64,000 nt of DNA. Origin: Candidatus Caldarchaeum sp. GTDB lineage: Archaea; Thermoproteota; Nitrososphaeria_A; Caldarchaeales; Caldarchaeaceae. The notes below the pieces were generated by a model. The model made no database searches. It was not told the DNA's origin and saw only the letters and a list, made by a program, of their open reading frames with translations. Positions 27,522 through 38,071 of this stretch are shown one piece after another (position 1 is the stretch's first letter; each line of letters opens with the position of its first letter). The stretch spans positions 64,001 through 128,000 of the forward strand of contig JAWBKB010000002.1 of the NCBI GenBank assembly GCA_038831915.1, written 5' to 3'. Both the position numbers and the translations under genes were made by a program.

Positions 27522-28541
27522 TTGAAAAGGGTTATGAGAAATCATTGGCTTATCCGACAGCTTCATGAAATGTTGGCGAGCCATGTTCGCGGTAAGAAAG
27601 TGCAGATAGTTTCTCACTGGGGTGGAGACCCCGACTCGGTGGGAGCCGCCTACGTATTGGATAGATGTTTCCGCACATTCTACGAAGCTTCTGAAGTCGG
27701 ATTCTTGATTCCCGACGAGGTTTCAGCCCATGTTAAAGCCATCATGACGCACATCGGATTTTCCGAAAAAAATGTCACATCGCCTGACGCTTACATCCTA
27801 GTAGATGTCGGAAGCTTGGCTCAGCTAGGAGACCTGAAAACCACAGTTCTCGAATCTGGTAAGCCAGTTTTGGTCATCGACCATCATCTACAGCACAGCG
27901 TAAATCCCAGCGTAATGTCAGTGGCTTCTCCCAGCTATTTGGCTGTGTCCGAAATGGTCTACGACCTTCTCGAATTTCTGAACGTCAAACCTGACAAACA
28001 AATGGCTGAAGCTCTTTTCCTCGGAATGTATTATGACACGGTGCGGCTGGCTGTCGCTGACTCAGAGCTAGCCTATAAAGCAGCCAACCTTCTTTCCCAA
28101 TTGAATCCTTCAACGATAATAGGGATGCTAGAGCCAAAAATCGACGAACCTGAAAGAATCGCGCGGCTGAAAGCCCTGCGCCGAATAAATGTCTTCAGAC
28201 TCGGCGAATGGTTTGTGGTGAGTTCAAACGTCAACGGCTATCTTTCTTCCGTGGCTAGAAGCCTCGTATCAGCTGGGGCTCACGTGGCCTTGGTTGGAGC
28301 TACTAAAGGCGAATACGCAGTGGTAGCGGCGCGTAGCTCCCAGGACTTTCAAAAATATGCCGGAATAGGTTTGGGCGACGATTTGGCAAAATATCTTCTG
28401 CGGAAGTTCGAAGGCGATGGAGGTGGTCACGCAGGCGCGGCGCGGCTGCGATTGAAAACGTCTGTCGATGAAGCTTTGTCTGAAGCTGTAAAAGGATTGT
28501 CGCTTCTACTCGGAGTGAACGCGGTGGAGCTGGCCGGTTGA
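27522..28541 (+). CDS. DHH/DHHA1 family phosphoesterase
   Basis: HxxxDPDS, DVG, IDHH, GGGHAGAA. Confidence 0.92.
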   Translation: MKRVMRNHWLIRQLHEMLASHVRGKKVQIVSHWGGDPDSVGAAYVLDRCFRTFYEASEVGFLIPDEVSAHVKAIMTHIGFSEKNVTSPDAYILVDVGSLAQLGDLKTTVLESGKPVLVIDHHLQHSVNPSVMSVASPSYLAVSEMVYDLLEFLNVKPDKQMAEALFLGMYYDTVRLAVADSELAYKAANLLSQLNPSTIIGMLEPKIDEPERIARLKALRRINVFRLGEWFVVSSNVNGYLSSVARSLVSAGAHVALVGATKGEYAVVAARSSQDFQKYAGIGLGDDLAKYLLRKFEGDGGGHAGAARLRLKTSVDEALSEAVKGLSLLLGVNAVELAG

Positions 28542-28544
28542 ATC

Positions 28545-29393
28545 ATGACGCTTATCGAAATCAGAAACCTATCATTCAAATACGCAGGAGCTCAGAAACA
28601 CGCCATTTATGAGGCAAACCTTGACATCGAAAAGGGCGACTTCGTCCTAATCGTTGGGCCAAGTGGTGGAGGTAAATCAACTCTTTGTAGATGCATGAAT
28701 GGCTTGATTCCTCAGTTTTACGTAGGCGAATACAGTGGTCAAGTTTTGGTCGACGGTCATGACGCAGCGAAGACGCCCACCTACATCCTTTCTCAAATCG
28801 TGGGAATGGTCTTTCAAAACCCGCAAAACCAGCTTTTCGCACTCTCTGTGGAAGCCGACGTTGCCTTTCCTCTCGAAAATTTGGGCCTTCCGAGAGAAGA
28901 AATCAAGGCGCGGGTCGATGAGGTGCTCGCCGCGTTGAATATTGAACATTTACGGGAAAGGTCTCCTTTCGAGCTTTCCGGAGGACAGCAGCAGAGGATA
29001 GCAATAGCGTCTGTCCTTGCAATGAAGCCGAAAATTATAATCTTGGACGAACCGACTTCTTTTCTCGACCCTGTTTCGAGCCTTGGGCTTTTCAACCTCA
29101 TAGACGACATTCGGAAAAAACTCGGGTTGACAATAATCTTGGTTGAACACCGGGTTGACTTGGCTGCATCTCGAGCCAATAAGATTGTGGTGGTGGCTGA
29201 TGGTAAAATCGTTTTTCACGGTAATCCACGCGATTTTTTTAAACAATACGATCCACATGTTTTCGGAGTTTCATATCCAAAAGTGACTCTGCTTTCTAGG
29301 AAAATCAAGAACGTTGTGAAGGATTGGAACATGCTTTGTCTCAGTGGAGATGAGTTCGAAAATGAGGTGAGGAGGCTTGTCAGTCGTGTTTGA
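28545..29393 (+). CDS. ecfA: ECF transporter ATPase EcfA
   Basis: GPSGGGKS, FQNP, LSGGQQQR, LDEPT. Confidence 0.93.
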   Translation: MTLIEIRNLSFKYAGAQKHAIYEANLDIEKGDFVLIVGPSGGGKSTLCRCMNGLIPQFYVGEYSGQVLVDGHDAAKTPTYILSQIVGMVFQNPQNQLFALSVEADVAFPLENLGLPREEIKARVDEVLAALNIEHLRERSPFELSGGQQQRIAIASVLAMKPKIIILDEPTSFLDPVSSLGLFNLIDDIRKKLGLTIILVEHRVDLAASRANKIVVVADGKIVFHGNPRDFFKQYDPHVFGVSYPKVTLLSRKIKNVVKDWNMLCLSGDEFENEVRRLVSRV

Positions 29394-30195
29394 AGACGTT
29401 CACTATGTTTATCCGTCAAACGTGCATGCTTTGCGAGGTGTTTCTTTCGAATTTCAGCCTGGTGAACTCGTTGCTTTGATGGGTGAAAACGGCTCGGGGA
29501 AAACCACATTGCTCAAACATGTCAACGGCTTGCTGAAACCAACTCGCGGCAAAGTCTGGGTCGAAGGAGTCGACACAACGAAGGCGTCGGTTGCCGAGCT
29601 TTCACAAAAGGCCGGACTAGTATTTCAGAACGCGGAGGAAATGTTCTTCGAATCGACGGTTTACGATGAAGTCGCCTTCGCTCTTAGAAACTTTGGATAC
29701 AGTGAGGATAAGGTCAGGAAAAGAGTTGAATGGGCTCTAAAATTTTTTGAGCTCGATTCTTACGCGGGTCAGTCGCCTTTTCTCCTCAGTGGTGGGGAGA
29801 AGAAGCGTTTGGCGATGGCGATTATTTTGGCTTGGGGGCCTCAAGTGGTTTGTCTAGACGAGCCCACGATAGGACAAGACAGCGTTCAGAAGGAAAAAAT
29901 GAAACATATGGTGAAGATGCTGAACCTTCAGGGCAGAACAGTTATTTTGGCTACACACGACGTCGAATTCGTCGCAGAATTGCGACCGAGAACAATCCTT
30001 CTTTCGAAGGGTCAGATAATCGCTGACGGCCGATGTGAAGAAGTTTTAACCGATTTCGTCTCGCTGGAAAAAGCTTCGGTCCTTCCGCCGCAAGTGGTCT
30101 CTGCACTCAAGCGAGTAGATGACTTAGGCGTCGACTACCGGATTTTAGACGTTGACATAGCGGTTGAAGAAGTTCTCAAAGTGATTAAGCCATGA
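29377..30195 (+). CDS. ECF transporter ATPase EcfA'
   Basis: GENGSGKT, SPFLLSGGEKKR, LDEPT. Confidence 0.93.
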   Translation: MSVVFEDVHYVYPSNVHALRGVSFEFQPGELVALMGENGSGKTTLLKHVNGLLKPTRGKVWVEGVDTTKASVAELSQKAGLVFQNAEEMFFESTVYDEVAFALRNFGYSEDKVRKRVEWALKFFELDSYAGQSPFLLSGGEKKRLAMAIILAWGPQVVCLDEPTIGQDSVQKEKMKHMVKMLNLQGRTVILATHDVEFVAELRPRTILLSKGQIIADGRCEEVLTDFVSLEKASVLPPQVVSALKRVDDLGVDYRILDVDIAVEEVLKVIKP

Positions 30196-30989
30196 GACTT
30201 TTCGAAGGCCTTCGCTTCAGGCCTGGAAACACGTTTGTCCATAGACTCGACCCGCGTGCAAAACTTGGCGTATCCATTTTGATTTTGACAACTGCCATCA
30301 TATACGTGGACGTTGTGGTAATTTTGACTTTGCTGAGTGTCGAGGCTGCCGTGATTTTCTTGGCACAAGTGCATAAGCTATGGTTGAGAACTTTGAGGGG
30401 AGCTTTGCCACTAGCTGCGATTGTATTCGTCATAACCTTTGTGAGTCAATATGGAAGGGACCCGTCTTTGCTCGCTGCTGCAGGCTACGGCTTTGCGTAC
30501 GCTCTACGACTGGTCGTCTTTCTTTCTTCTTTTTCGCTTTTTTTCTTGACAACAACACCCGACGAAATTGCTCTTACGCTGCAGCAGCTTAAGGTTCCGT
30601 ATGAATACACGTTTGCGTTTGTTTCGGCCATTCGTTTCACCCCGGTGATGGCTGAAGAACTCAAAGCGGTCATGGATGCTCAAAGAGCGCGAGGGCTTGA
30701 GCTAGACAAAGGCTCATTTGTAAAAAGAATCCGCAACCTCATCCCCATCCTCGTACCATTACTCGTCAACGTCATCAGACGCTCATACGAACTAGCTGAA
30801 GCCATGGAGGTGAAATGTTTCGGCGCCACCAAAAAAAGAACGAGCCTGCGGATTCTACAAATGAAAAAGAAAGACTTTGTTTTTGTTTCCACGGCGACGG
30901 GCCTGTTCATGTTGGCGGTGTTCATAAAAATTTCTGGTCTTGAACCAGTGAAGGTTCTACCTTTTCTCCGGACGATTTTCCCAGCCTAA
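30192..30989 (+). CDS. ecfT: ECF transporter transmembrane subunit EcfT
   Basis: HRLDPRAK, RFTP, AQRARG. Confidence 0.93.
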   Translation: MRLFEGLRFRPGNTFVHRLDPRAKLGVSILILTTAIIYVDVVVILTLLSVEAAVIFLAQVHKLWLRTLRGALPLAAIVFVITFVSQYGRDPSLLAAAGYGFAYALRLVVFLSSFSLFFLTTTPDEIALTLQQLKVPYEYTFAFVSAIRFTPVMAEELKAVMDAQRARGLELDKGSFVKRIRNLIPILVPLLVNVIRRSYELAEAMEVKCFGATKKRTSLRILQMKKKDFVFVSTATGLFMLAVFIKISGLEPVKVLPFLRTIFPA

Positions 30990-31549
30990 TCATACGTGAT
31001 GAGCTGTTTTTCCTCCAACAATTCCTGCAGCTTAGTTACGGCTTCGTAGACATCCTTCTCATACTTTGCCCCTGTGCACACCAGTTTTCCGCTTGCAAAC
31101 ATCAAAATCACGACTTTCGGGCTCATCATTCGATAAATCAAACCTGGAAACTGCTCTGGCTCATACATTACGTTCTCGAGCGTTGTCGCGGCCTTTTCCA
31201 AGTCTATGCGGCCGTGAAGGTCGATTGACGCGACGATGTTCTGAATTTCTATTTGCGGCTCTTCGCGAATGACGAAGCCTTCCTTCTTCAACGCCTTGAC
31301 AACGGTTTTGACCGCCCGAATGGATTCTTCCTCGCTTTTAGCTCCTGTGCAGACCATTTTGCCGCTGCTGAATATCAAAGTGGCGGTCTTCGGCTTAGCG
31401 AGGCGAAATACGAGGCCAGGAAACTGAGCGGGCTTGTATTCAACGTCTGGAAAAGTTCTCTGAACCTGTGCAAGGTCAAGCCGCTGAAAAAGGGTCACAC
31501 TCGAAACGACGTTTTGAATTTCGATTTTTGGTGGGGGGCCTTTCGGCAC
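30986..31549 (-). CDS. tbp: TATA-box-binding protein
   Basis: Two repeats of IQNxVxS...YxPxQFPGL...FxSGKxVCTGAK. Confidence 0.98.
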   Translation of the reverse strand: MPKGPPPKIEIQNVVSSVTLFQRLDLAQVQRTFPDVEYKPAQFPGLVFRLAKPKTATLIFSSGKMVCTGAKSEEESIRAVKTVVKALKKEGFVIREEPQIEIQNIVASIDLHGRIDLEKAATTLENVMYEPEQFPGLIYRMMSPKVVILMFASGKLVCTGAKYEKDVYEAVTKLQELLEEKQLITYD

Positions 31550-31582
31550 GATTTTTAAACGGTTTAAATAGTTTATAAGGAT

Positions 31583-32260
31583 TTAAATACCTGACTTCGG
31601 CTGGGTCAAAACTGCGTTGAGCTTTTCGACAACTTCCGGCTCCTTGTTCAAAGCTTTAGACACGTGTTTGACCATGCTTTTTTTGACCTTGTTGATGTCG
31701 ACTGGTCGTCCGATAATGGAGGCCATCGAGGTCATGATTGTTGCCTCCATTCCGCATGGTTTAATTCCGTAGAATTTTTTCAGGTCTGTGTTGACATTCA
31801 ACGCAACGCCGTGATAAGTTACCCAGTTTTTCACAGCCATGCCGACCGACGCGATTTTGCGTCCATCAACCCAGACACCCGGCTTACCGACGACCCGTTC
31901 ACCAGAAATTTGGAAATCAGCGAGAACGTCTATGATCGCTTGTTCGACCAGATGAACAAAATCAGCTACGCCGATTCCAAGTTCTTGCAAGCTCACGATG
32001 AAATAGGCGACTAGCTGGCCTGGGCCGTGATAGGTTGCTTCTCCACCCCGCTCCACCCGATAGACAGGAATCGTCCTGTCGAAAACGTCTTCTTCCCTAC
32101 CGCGTTTGCCGAGAGTGTAAACGTCGTAGTGTTCAAGCAGTAAAACGGTGTCCTCAATCTGATTTTCAACTCGTTTTTGATGAAGTTCGAGCATAAGTTT
32201 GTGGCAAGATTCATATTCAATCGTTCCGAGGTCGACGAAGATGATGCTATTTCGTGACAT
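31583..32260 (-). CDS. lipB: octanoyltransferase LipB
   Basis: EHxxVYTLG, RGGEATYHGPGQLV, KIASVG, HGVALN, PCG. Confidence 0.95.
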   Translation of the reverse strand: MSRNSIIFVDLGTIEYESCHKLMLELHQKRVENQIEDTVLLLEHYDVYTLGKRGREEDVFDRTIPVYRVERGGEATYHGPGQLVAYFIVSLQELGIGVADFVHLVEQAIIDVLADFQISGERVVGKPGVWVDGRKIASVGMAVKNWVTYHGVALNVNTDLKKFYGIKPCGMEATIMTSMASIIGRPVDINKVKKSMVKHVSKALNKEPEVVEKLNAVLTQPKSGI

Positions 32261-33632
32261 AGTGAATCGCTCGGCGTTTAACCATTAGCATCGATTCGCC
32301 TATCGCCTCCGAATAGGTTGGATGAATGAAAACTGTTTTTGAAACGTCTTCAAGAGTCGCGCTTGACTTGATAATGGTGGTCAATACTGCGATGGTTTCG
32401 GTCGCATGAGGGCCGACAACAACGGCTCCGAGGAGACGGTCTGTTTTTCTATCCGCGATAAGTTTGACGAAGCCGTCTTCGCCATCCGTAATTGCTCGGC
32501 CCAATGCTGTATATGGAAACCTTGCTTCGACGACATCGTAGCCTGCCTCTTTCGCGGCGTCTGTGCTAAGCCCGACTGCTGCGACTTCCGGCGAAGTAAA
32601 CACACCGTATGGAACCAGGCCGTCAAAGCGAGAGTCGAGACCTGCTATCGCCTCGGCTGCCACAATTCCTTGATGGGAGGCCTTGTGGGCGAGAAACGGC
32701 GGACCGGTAACGTCGCCGACAGCGTAAACGCCCGCTGCAGTTGTCTGCATCTTTTCATCGGTTTTGACGTATCCTTTCGCATCGAGCTCAACACCCAAGT
32801 CGACGAGGCGACGCGTCCAAGAAGTTGGCCGCTTACCAACCGCGACCAAAACCAAATCGAAAACATCTTCAAAACCGTTAGAAAGAACCACTTTCACACC
32901 ATCCGAAAAATACGAATATTCTGAAACTGTTGTGCTGAGGTGAATTTTCACGCCGATCTTTTCCATGCCTCTTTTGAGTAAGCGGGAGGCGTCTGCGTCA
33001 AATCCGGGCAAAAGCTGGTTCATAACTTCAACAACGGTCACGTCTGAGCCGAGATGAGCGTAAGCTGTGCCAAGCTCCGCTCCAACCGCACCCCCTCCGA
33101 CGACCAGAAATTTCTTCGGAACTTTGTCGAGAAACAATGCTTTACGATAGTCGATGATGCAGGTTCCGTCAAAAGGAATGGATGGAAGCGATACGGGTTC
33201 GGTTCCGGTTGCTATGATGATGTTTTCAGCTGAAATCTTTTGCTCACCGTCGTTCTTCTTGACGGAAATCAGGCCCGGCTTTTCGAAAACCGCTTCGCCT
33301 TTAACGACGGTTACTCCGTTGGCCTTGAGCAAATAAGCTATTCCTTGTCGCAGCTTATGAACTACCTGTTTAGTAGATTCTGAGATTTTAGCCATGTTGA
33401 AAGGTACAGACGATGCCAAGATGTTCTTTGCGGCGAGCTCCTTAATGCTGTGTATTTTTTTCGCGTTTCCGATTAAATGTTTGCTCGGAATGCATCCCCA
33501 GTTCGTGCATTCTCCTCCGAGCTCGTCTTTTTCGATAAGCGTGGTTTTTAAGCCGAGCTGAGAAAGCCTGATTGCCGCCACATACCCACCGGGCCCGCCT
33601 CCAACGACAACAACATCCCCCATCATCCACAC
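32247..33632 (-). CDS. lpdA: dihydrolipoamide dehydrogenase (E3)
   Basis: GGGPGGY, GGECTNWGCIPSK, HPTYSE. Confidence 0.95.
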   Translation of the reverse strand: MWMMGDVVVVGGGPGGYVAAIRLSQLGLKTTLIEKDELGGECTNWGCIPSKHLIGNAKKIHSIKELAAKNILASSVPFNMAKISESTKQVVHKLRQGIAYLLKANGVTVVKGEAVFEKPGLISVKKNDGEQKISAENIIIATGTEPVSLPSIPFDGTCIIDYRKALFLDKVPKKFLVVGGGAVGAELGTAYAHLGSDVTVVEVMNQLLPGFDADASRLLKRGMEKIGVKIHLSTTVSEYSYFSDGVKVVLSNGFEDVFDLVLVAVGKRPTSWTRRLVDLGVELDAKGYVKTDEKMQTTAAGVYAVGDVTGPPFLAHKASHQGIVAAEAIAGLDSRFDGLVPYGVFTSPEVAAVGLSTDAAKEAGYDVVEARFPYTALGRAITDGEDGFVKLIADRKTDRLLGAVVVGPHATETIAVLTTIIKSSATLEDVSKTVFIHPTYSEAIGESMLMVKRRAIHYVTK

Positions 33633-33633
33633 C

Positions 33634-34608
33634 TCAGAAAGAAACCGATTTTCTCACCGCCCTGAGTATTCGCGTTTCATTCGGCATGTAGTAATGTTCA
33701 TGAGCGAATGGAAAAGGTGTGTCGTAACCGGTCACCCTGAAAACCGGCGCCTCGAGATCGAGGAGAAGTCTTTCAGCTATGAAGGCAGCGATTTCCGCAC
33801 CGAAGCCACACATCTTGGGAGCTTCATGAACGATAACGGGCCTGCCGGTTTTCTTGACGGTTTTCTCAATGGCTTCTTTGTCGAAAGGCAGCAAAGTCCG
33901 TAAATCAATCACTTCGCAGTCAATTCCCTCCTCCTTCGCTTTTTCAGAAGCTTTCAAACAGTCAACAACGGTCGCCGCATATGTTATCAGTGAAACGTCA
34001 GCGCCTTCACGAGCAATTCGGGCTTTACCCAAGGGTATAGTGTAGTCTCCTTCAGGGACTTCCTGTCGGAAAGATCTGTAAATTCGTTTGGGTTCGAAGA
34101 AAATGACGGGGTCATCGTCGCGGATGGAGGAGATTAGCAATCCTTTCGCATCGTATGGTGTTGAAGGAGTGACGACTTTAAGCCCCGGTGTGTGAATGAA
34201 GTATGCTTCAGGGCTTTGGCTGTGAAACATCCCTCCTTTAACGCCTCCGCCGACAGGAGCTCGAATGACTAGCGGCACGGAAAACTGTCCGCCGGTGCGG
34301 TAACGAATTTTCGCTACATTTGAAACTATCTGGTCGAAGCCCCCAAAAATAAAGTCGGCAAATTGAATTTCAGCCACCGGCCGAAGACCATTCATAGCCA
34401 TCCCCGCTGCGACGCCAATGATGGCTGCTTCTGACAGAGGCGTGTCGATGACGCGTTCCGGCCCAAATAATTCGTACAAGCCTTCTGTTATTAGGAATAC
34501 ACCGCCGCGCTTTCCAACGTCTTCTCCCAAGATAATCACTCTTTTGTCGCGCTGCATCTCCTCCCTCAAAGCTAAGTTGAGAGCTTCTGCCATGTTAAGC
34601 ATGGGCAA
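33634..34608 (-). CDS. 2-oxoacid dehydrogenase E1 subunit beta
   Basis: GEDVG..GGVF, DTPLSE, EIQFADF, HSQS, FFEPK. Confidence 0.96.
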   Translation of the reverse strand: MPMLNMAEALNLALREEMQRDKRVIILGEDVGKRGGVFLITEGLYELFGPERVIDTPLSEAAIIGVAAGMAMNGLRPVAEIQFADFIFGGFDQIVSNVAKIRYRTGGQFSVPLVIRAPVGGGVKGGMFHSQSPEAYFIHTPGLKVVTPSTPYDAKGLLISSIRDDDPVIFFEPKRIYRSFRQEVPEGDYTIPLGKARIAREGADVSLITYAATVVDCLKASEKAKEEGIDCEVIDLRTLLPFDKEAIEKTVKKTGRPVIVHEAPKMCGFGAEIAAFIAERLLLDLEAPVFRVTGYDTPFPFAHEHYYMPNETRILRAVRKSVSF

Positions 34609-34614
34609 AAGCTT

Positions 34615-35490
34615 TCACCTCTTCAACATGGATTCGACAAAAAATTCAGCCGCTCGGTAGCTGCTACGAACCAGAGGTCCGCAAGCCGCATATTTGAAAC
34701 CCATCCGCAAAGCCTCCCTTTCATAAAGTTTAAACACATCAGGATGAACATATTCTTTTACGGGCAAGTGATTCAACGTAGGGCGAAGATATTGGCCTAT
34801 AGTCACAAAGTCAACATCGGCTTGGCGGAGTTCTTTTAGCGCATCCAATACTTCTTCAACGGTTTCACCCAAACCAACCATTATCGATGATTTAGTGTAC
34901 ATGCTTGGGTTGAATTCTTTGACGAGTCTGAGAACTTTGAGTGATTTGTCGAAAGAAGCTCTCCTGTCCCGCACGTAAGGGGTAAGCCTTCGCACGGTTT
35001 CGACATTATGCGCCACTACATCGGGCCCGGCTCGTACAACTCTTTCTAAATGTTCGGGCACTGCGTCAAAATCAGGAATCAGCACTTCTACAAGTACTTC
35101 TCCCTTCCTTTCCTTGATTTTTTTCACGGTTTCAGCGTAAATGGATGCTCCGCCGTCGGCGAGGTCGTCGCGACAGACAGAGGTGAGAACCACGTATTTC
35201 AAATTAATTTCTTCAACCGCTTTCGCAACTTTTTCAGGTTCGCTAGCGTCTACGAATCCCTGTGGATGACCTGTTTTCACAGCGCAGAACCTACAGCTTC
35301 TGGTGCATATGTCGCCGAGGATCATTATCGTAGCCGTTCCGCCTCCCCAGCATTCACCCAAGTTGGGGCACATCGCTTCCTCGCAAACAGTGTGTAACAT
35401 GTATTTCCGTAACACATGTCTGATATGGGGGTAAGCTCCAAAACCGGGCAACCGAGTTTTAATCCATTCGGGCTTTCGAAGAGTCTGCAT
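34615..35490 (-). CDS. lipA: lipoyl synthase
   Basis: CEEAMCPNLGEC, CTRSCRFC, RSSY; start set at ATG 35490 (MQTLRKPEW). Confidence 0.96.
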   Translation of the reverse strand: MQTLRKPEWIKTRLPGFGAYPHIRHVLRKYMLHTVCEEAMCPNLGECWGGGTATIMILGDICTRSCRFCAVKTGHPQGFVDASEPEKVAKAVEEINLKYVVLTSVCRDDLADGGASIYAETVKKIKERKGEVLVEVLIPDFDAVPEHLERVVRAGPDVVAHNVETVRRLTPYVRDRRASFDKSLKVLRLVKEFNPSMYTKSSIMVGLGETVEEVLDALKELRQADVDFVTIGQYLRPTLNHLPVKEYVHPDVFKLYEREALRMGFKYAACGPLVRSSYRAAEFFVESMLKR

Positions 35491-35557
35491 TCGTGTCTCT
35501 CGGAGTGAACAAGCGAATTTAAGCATATATGTGTCGCAGTATTTTAGAACAAACGGG

Positions 35558-35998
35558 TTGAAGACGAGAGTAGACGAGCGGAGTGCTGGAGCAGTCATCT
35601 ACTATGTTGGTGAAAACGGGGTCGAATATCTACTACTCAAATACGGTGCAGGACATTGGGATTTTCCCAAAGGACACATTGAGAAGAATGAATCCGAAAT
35701 ACAAGCTGTTCTTCGTGAGGTCAAGGAAGAAACAGGGATGGAGAATATCACTATCATCGACGGCTTCCGGAAAGTCATAAACTACATGTTCATGAAAGAG
35801 GGGAGGCTCGTTAGGAAAGAGGTTGTCTTCTACCTAGGCCAAGCACGTGATAAATCCGTTACTCTTTCGCCGGAACACCTCGACTATGTTTGGCTTTCTC
35901 TTGAAAAAGCACTTGAGAAATTAACCTTCAAGACAGCTAAGGAAACCCTGATTGAAGCCGACAACTTCCTCAAGACACGTTTAAACGTTCAAATTTAA
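35558..35998 (+). CDS. Nudix hydrolase (Ap4A hydrolase-like)
   Basis: SAGAV, WDFPKGHIE..E....A.REVKEETG; probable TTG start 35558. Confidence 0.92.
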   Translation: MKTRVDERSAGAVIYYVGENGVEYLLLKYGAGHWDFPKGHIEKNESEIQAVLREVKEETGMENITIIDGFRKVINYMFMKEGRLVRKEVVFYLGQARDKSVTLSPEHLDYVWLSLEKALEKLTFKTAKETLIEADNFLKTRLNVQI

Positions 35999-36024
35999 AA
36001 ACCACATAACCATGAATCCAGCAA

Positions 36025-37722
36025 ATGAAACCCATTTTCGTGCTGCTGATCATAGTTCTCCTGACGCTTCCGCAAATAGCCGTGTCCCAACAAGATGCTC
36101 AAAGTTTAACCGTGTACGTTACCACGCCTGACGGAAAACCTAAACCTGGATTGACGGTAACAGCTCAAGCTCAAAACTTTCGGGAAACCGCTGTAACCAA
36201 CGCGTCGGGCTACGCCGTCTTTCGCCAACTCACAGCGGGAACATATGAAATAATTATATCGTTGAGGAACATCGAGCTTCTACGAAAAACAGTCGAGTTC
36301 CCCTCCACTCCATTTTTGGCAGAGACGGCGCCACTCAGCTCTGTAACGGTTCAGGTATACGATGTTGCTCAAAGGCCCGTAGCAAACATCCCCGTTACGC
36401 TATCTTCGCCCAATCGTATACTATCCACCACTCAGAGAACGAATGCAACAGGGTATGCAGTTTTCAACGACATCCCATACTCTTCGGCTCCGTCAATAGC
36501 CGGCGACTACAGGCTTTCAGTAACTAAGGAAGGTGTTGAAGTTGGGTCAGTGCAGAGGCGAATTGAAGCTTCTACTGAATTTGTGGAGATATCTGCCCGT
36601 CTTGTGAGGGTCAACTTCACGTTTACAGATCTTGGGGGTTCCAAAGCTCTGGTCGACGGAACCCTCGTAATGCGTGGAACAAACTTTACTCAGCAAATAG
36701 AAGTAATTCAGGGCTTTGCTTCAGTAATTCAGGTTATAAGCTCTGAAGTGGTCGGAAGCTACAATGCTTCGCTTTCTATGCGGCTTGGTAACAGGGATGC
36801 TGTGGTCTATTCATCGCTCTTGAGGTTGGAGGCTGACGCCGACCTTGTTCTCAGAGCTGACCTCGGACTTTTGGTTGTCCGATTGGTAGACCCTTCTGGA
36901 CAACCCGTCAAAGGACTTGGTGTATTGGTAGGTGCCACTGGATACGGAAATTTCAGCAGCGGAATAACAGACAGCAACGGAGAAATCACAGCCGGATATC
37001 TTCCAATTTCCAACCGTGTTGACCAATACACAATACACGTCTTCAGAGGGCGGACGAGAATAATAACAGAACAGCTGGTTATGACCGAAGCAAAGATAAC
37101 TAAACAAATCACAATACCGTTGACAAAAACAACTTTCACAGTGGTAGACTTTAAGAATAACCCGCTGTCTGGTGCGGTAATCCAAGTAACTGACCCAGTC
37201 ACTGGAAGAACGTTCAACGCAACGACTGTTAACGGAGCCGCAACCGCCGAAATATTCCCGGGTGCCAACAATGTAACAATAAGGTACAAAAACACAGTGG
37301 TATTCAAGAAAACTATCGAACTGACGGAATCCAGTCAAGCCATCAAAATTAATTCAATTAATTTCCCAGTAAGCGTCCGTGTGCTAGATTCGGTCGGAAA
37401 GTTCGTTGAAGATTTACGAATCATCGTAAAAGCTGATTCGAACGTTTTACTAGACCGGAAAACATCGGCTTCGCCTGCATCTGTGGAGCTTGAGCTTCCA
37501 CGCGAAATAACAATAGATGTCTACAAAGGAGAGGAGCTGCTTTGGCGGGAACGCCGGTTCGCTGACGGGCCTTCCGATATTGACATAAGGTTCACTGACA
37601 TCGTGGTGATTAGCGGTATTTTCATCTCTGCTGATGCATTGGTATCCGCGGTTTTGGCAGCCATTCTCACAGCGCTGATGTTGACGGTGGTAGTTCGATT
37701 GAGAAATTTGAGACAACGTTAA
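36025..37722 (+). CDS. secreted, C-terminally anchored surface protein with tandem carboxypeptidase-regulatory-like beta domains
   Basis: Signal peptide, about 6 repeats of VxVxDxxGxPV...TxxxG, C-terminal TM helix plus basic tail. Confidence 0.85.
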   Translation: MKPIFVLLIIVLLTLPQIAVSQQDAQSLTVYVTTPDGKPKPGLTVTAQAQNFRETAVTNASGYAVFRQLTAGTYEIIISLRNIELLRKTVEFPSTPFLAETAPLSSVTVQVYDVAQRPVANIPVTLSSPNRILSTTQRTNATGYAVFNDIPYSSAPSIAGDYRLSVTKEGVEVGSVQRRIEASTEFVEISARLVRVNFTFTDLGGSKALVDGTLVMRGTNFTQQIEVIQGFASVIQVISSEVVGSYNASLSMRLGNRDAVVYSSLLRLEADADLVLRADLGLLVVRLVDPSGQPVKGLGVLVGATGYGNFSSGITDSNGEITAGYLPISNRVDQYTIHVFRGRTRIITEQLVMTEAKITKQITIPLTKTTFTVVDFKNNPLSGAVIQVTDPVTGRTFNATTVNGAATAEIFPGANNVTIRYKNTVVFKKTIELTESSQAIKINSINFPVSVRVLDSVGKFVEDLRIIVKADSNVLLDRKTSASPASVELELPREITIDVYKGEELLWRERRFADGPSDIDIRFTDIVVISGIFISADALVSAVLAAILTALMLTVVVRLRNLRQR

Positions 37723-37745
37723 AATTCAACCAGCCGGCTAAATCA

Positions 37746-38066
37746 TTGCAAAGAGTGAGGTTCGGGTTGCCGAATTGGACCCTAAGTAAGGAACCGACCC
37801 CTATCTGCAACCCACTGTGCAGATTTTTCCGATGCGGCAAAAAAGTTCTCGACTTCAGAAGAAACCCCCCATGGTGCAACTGGGTAGACGCTCCATGCAT
37901 AGGCTATCAGTGCCCATACGCTCAATGCATTCAAGTTAAGCTGCTTCCAGACGGACGATGCGGGCTATTTGTAAAAAGAAAAACCGTGGAGCAGGAAGCT
38001 GTCTTTGACGTCTCCGGCGTTGCAGCCGCCCGAGCGAAGAAAAAGCTCGACAAACTCGGTTTATAA
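37746..38066 (+). CDS. Cys-rich hypothetical protein
   Basis: 8 Cys in a patterned core; stop 5 nt before cofE; start uncertain. Confidence 0.7.
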   Translation: MQRVRFGLPNWTLSKEPTPICNPLCRFFRCGKKVLDFRRNPPWCNWVDAPCIGYQCPYAQCIQVKLLPDGRCGLFVKRKTVEQEAVFDVSGVAAARAKKKLDKLGL

Positions 38067-38071
38067 AACCT

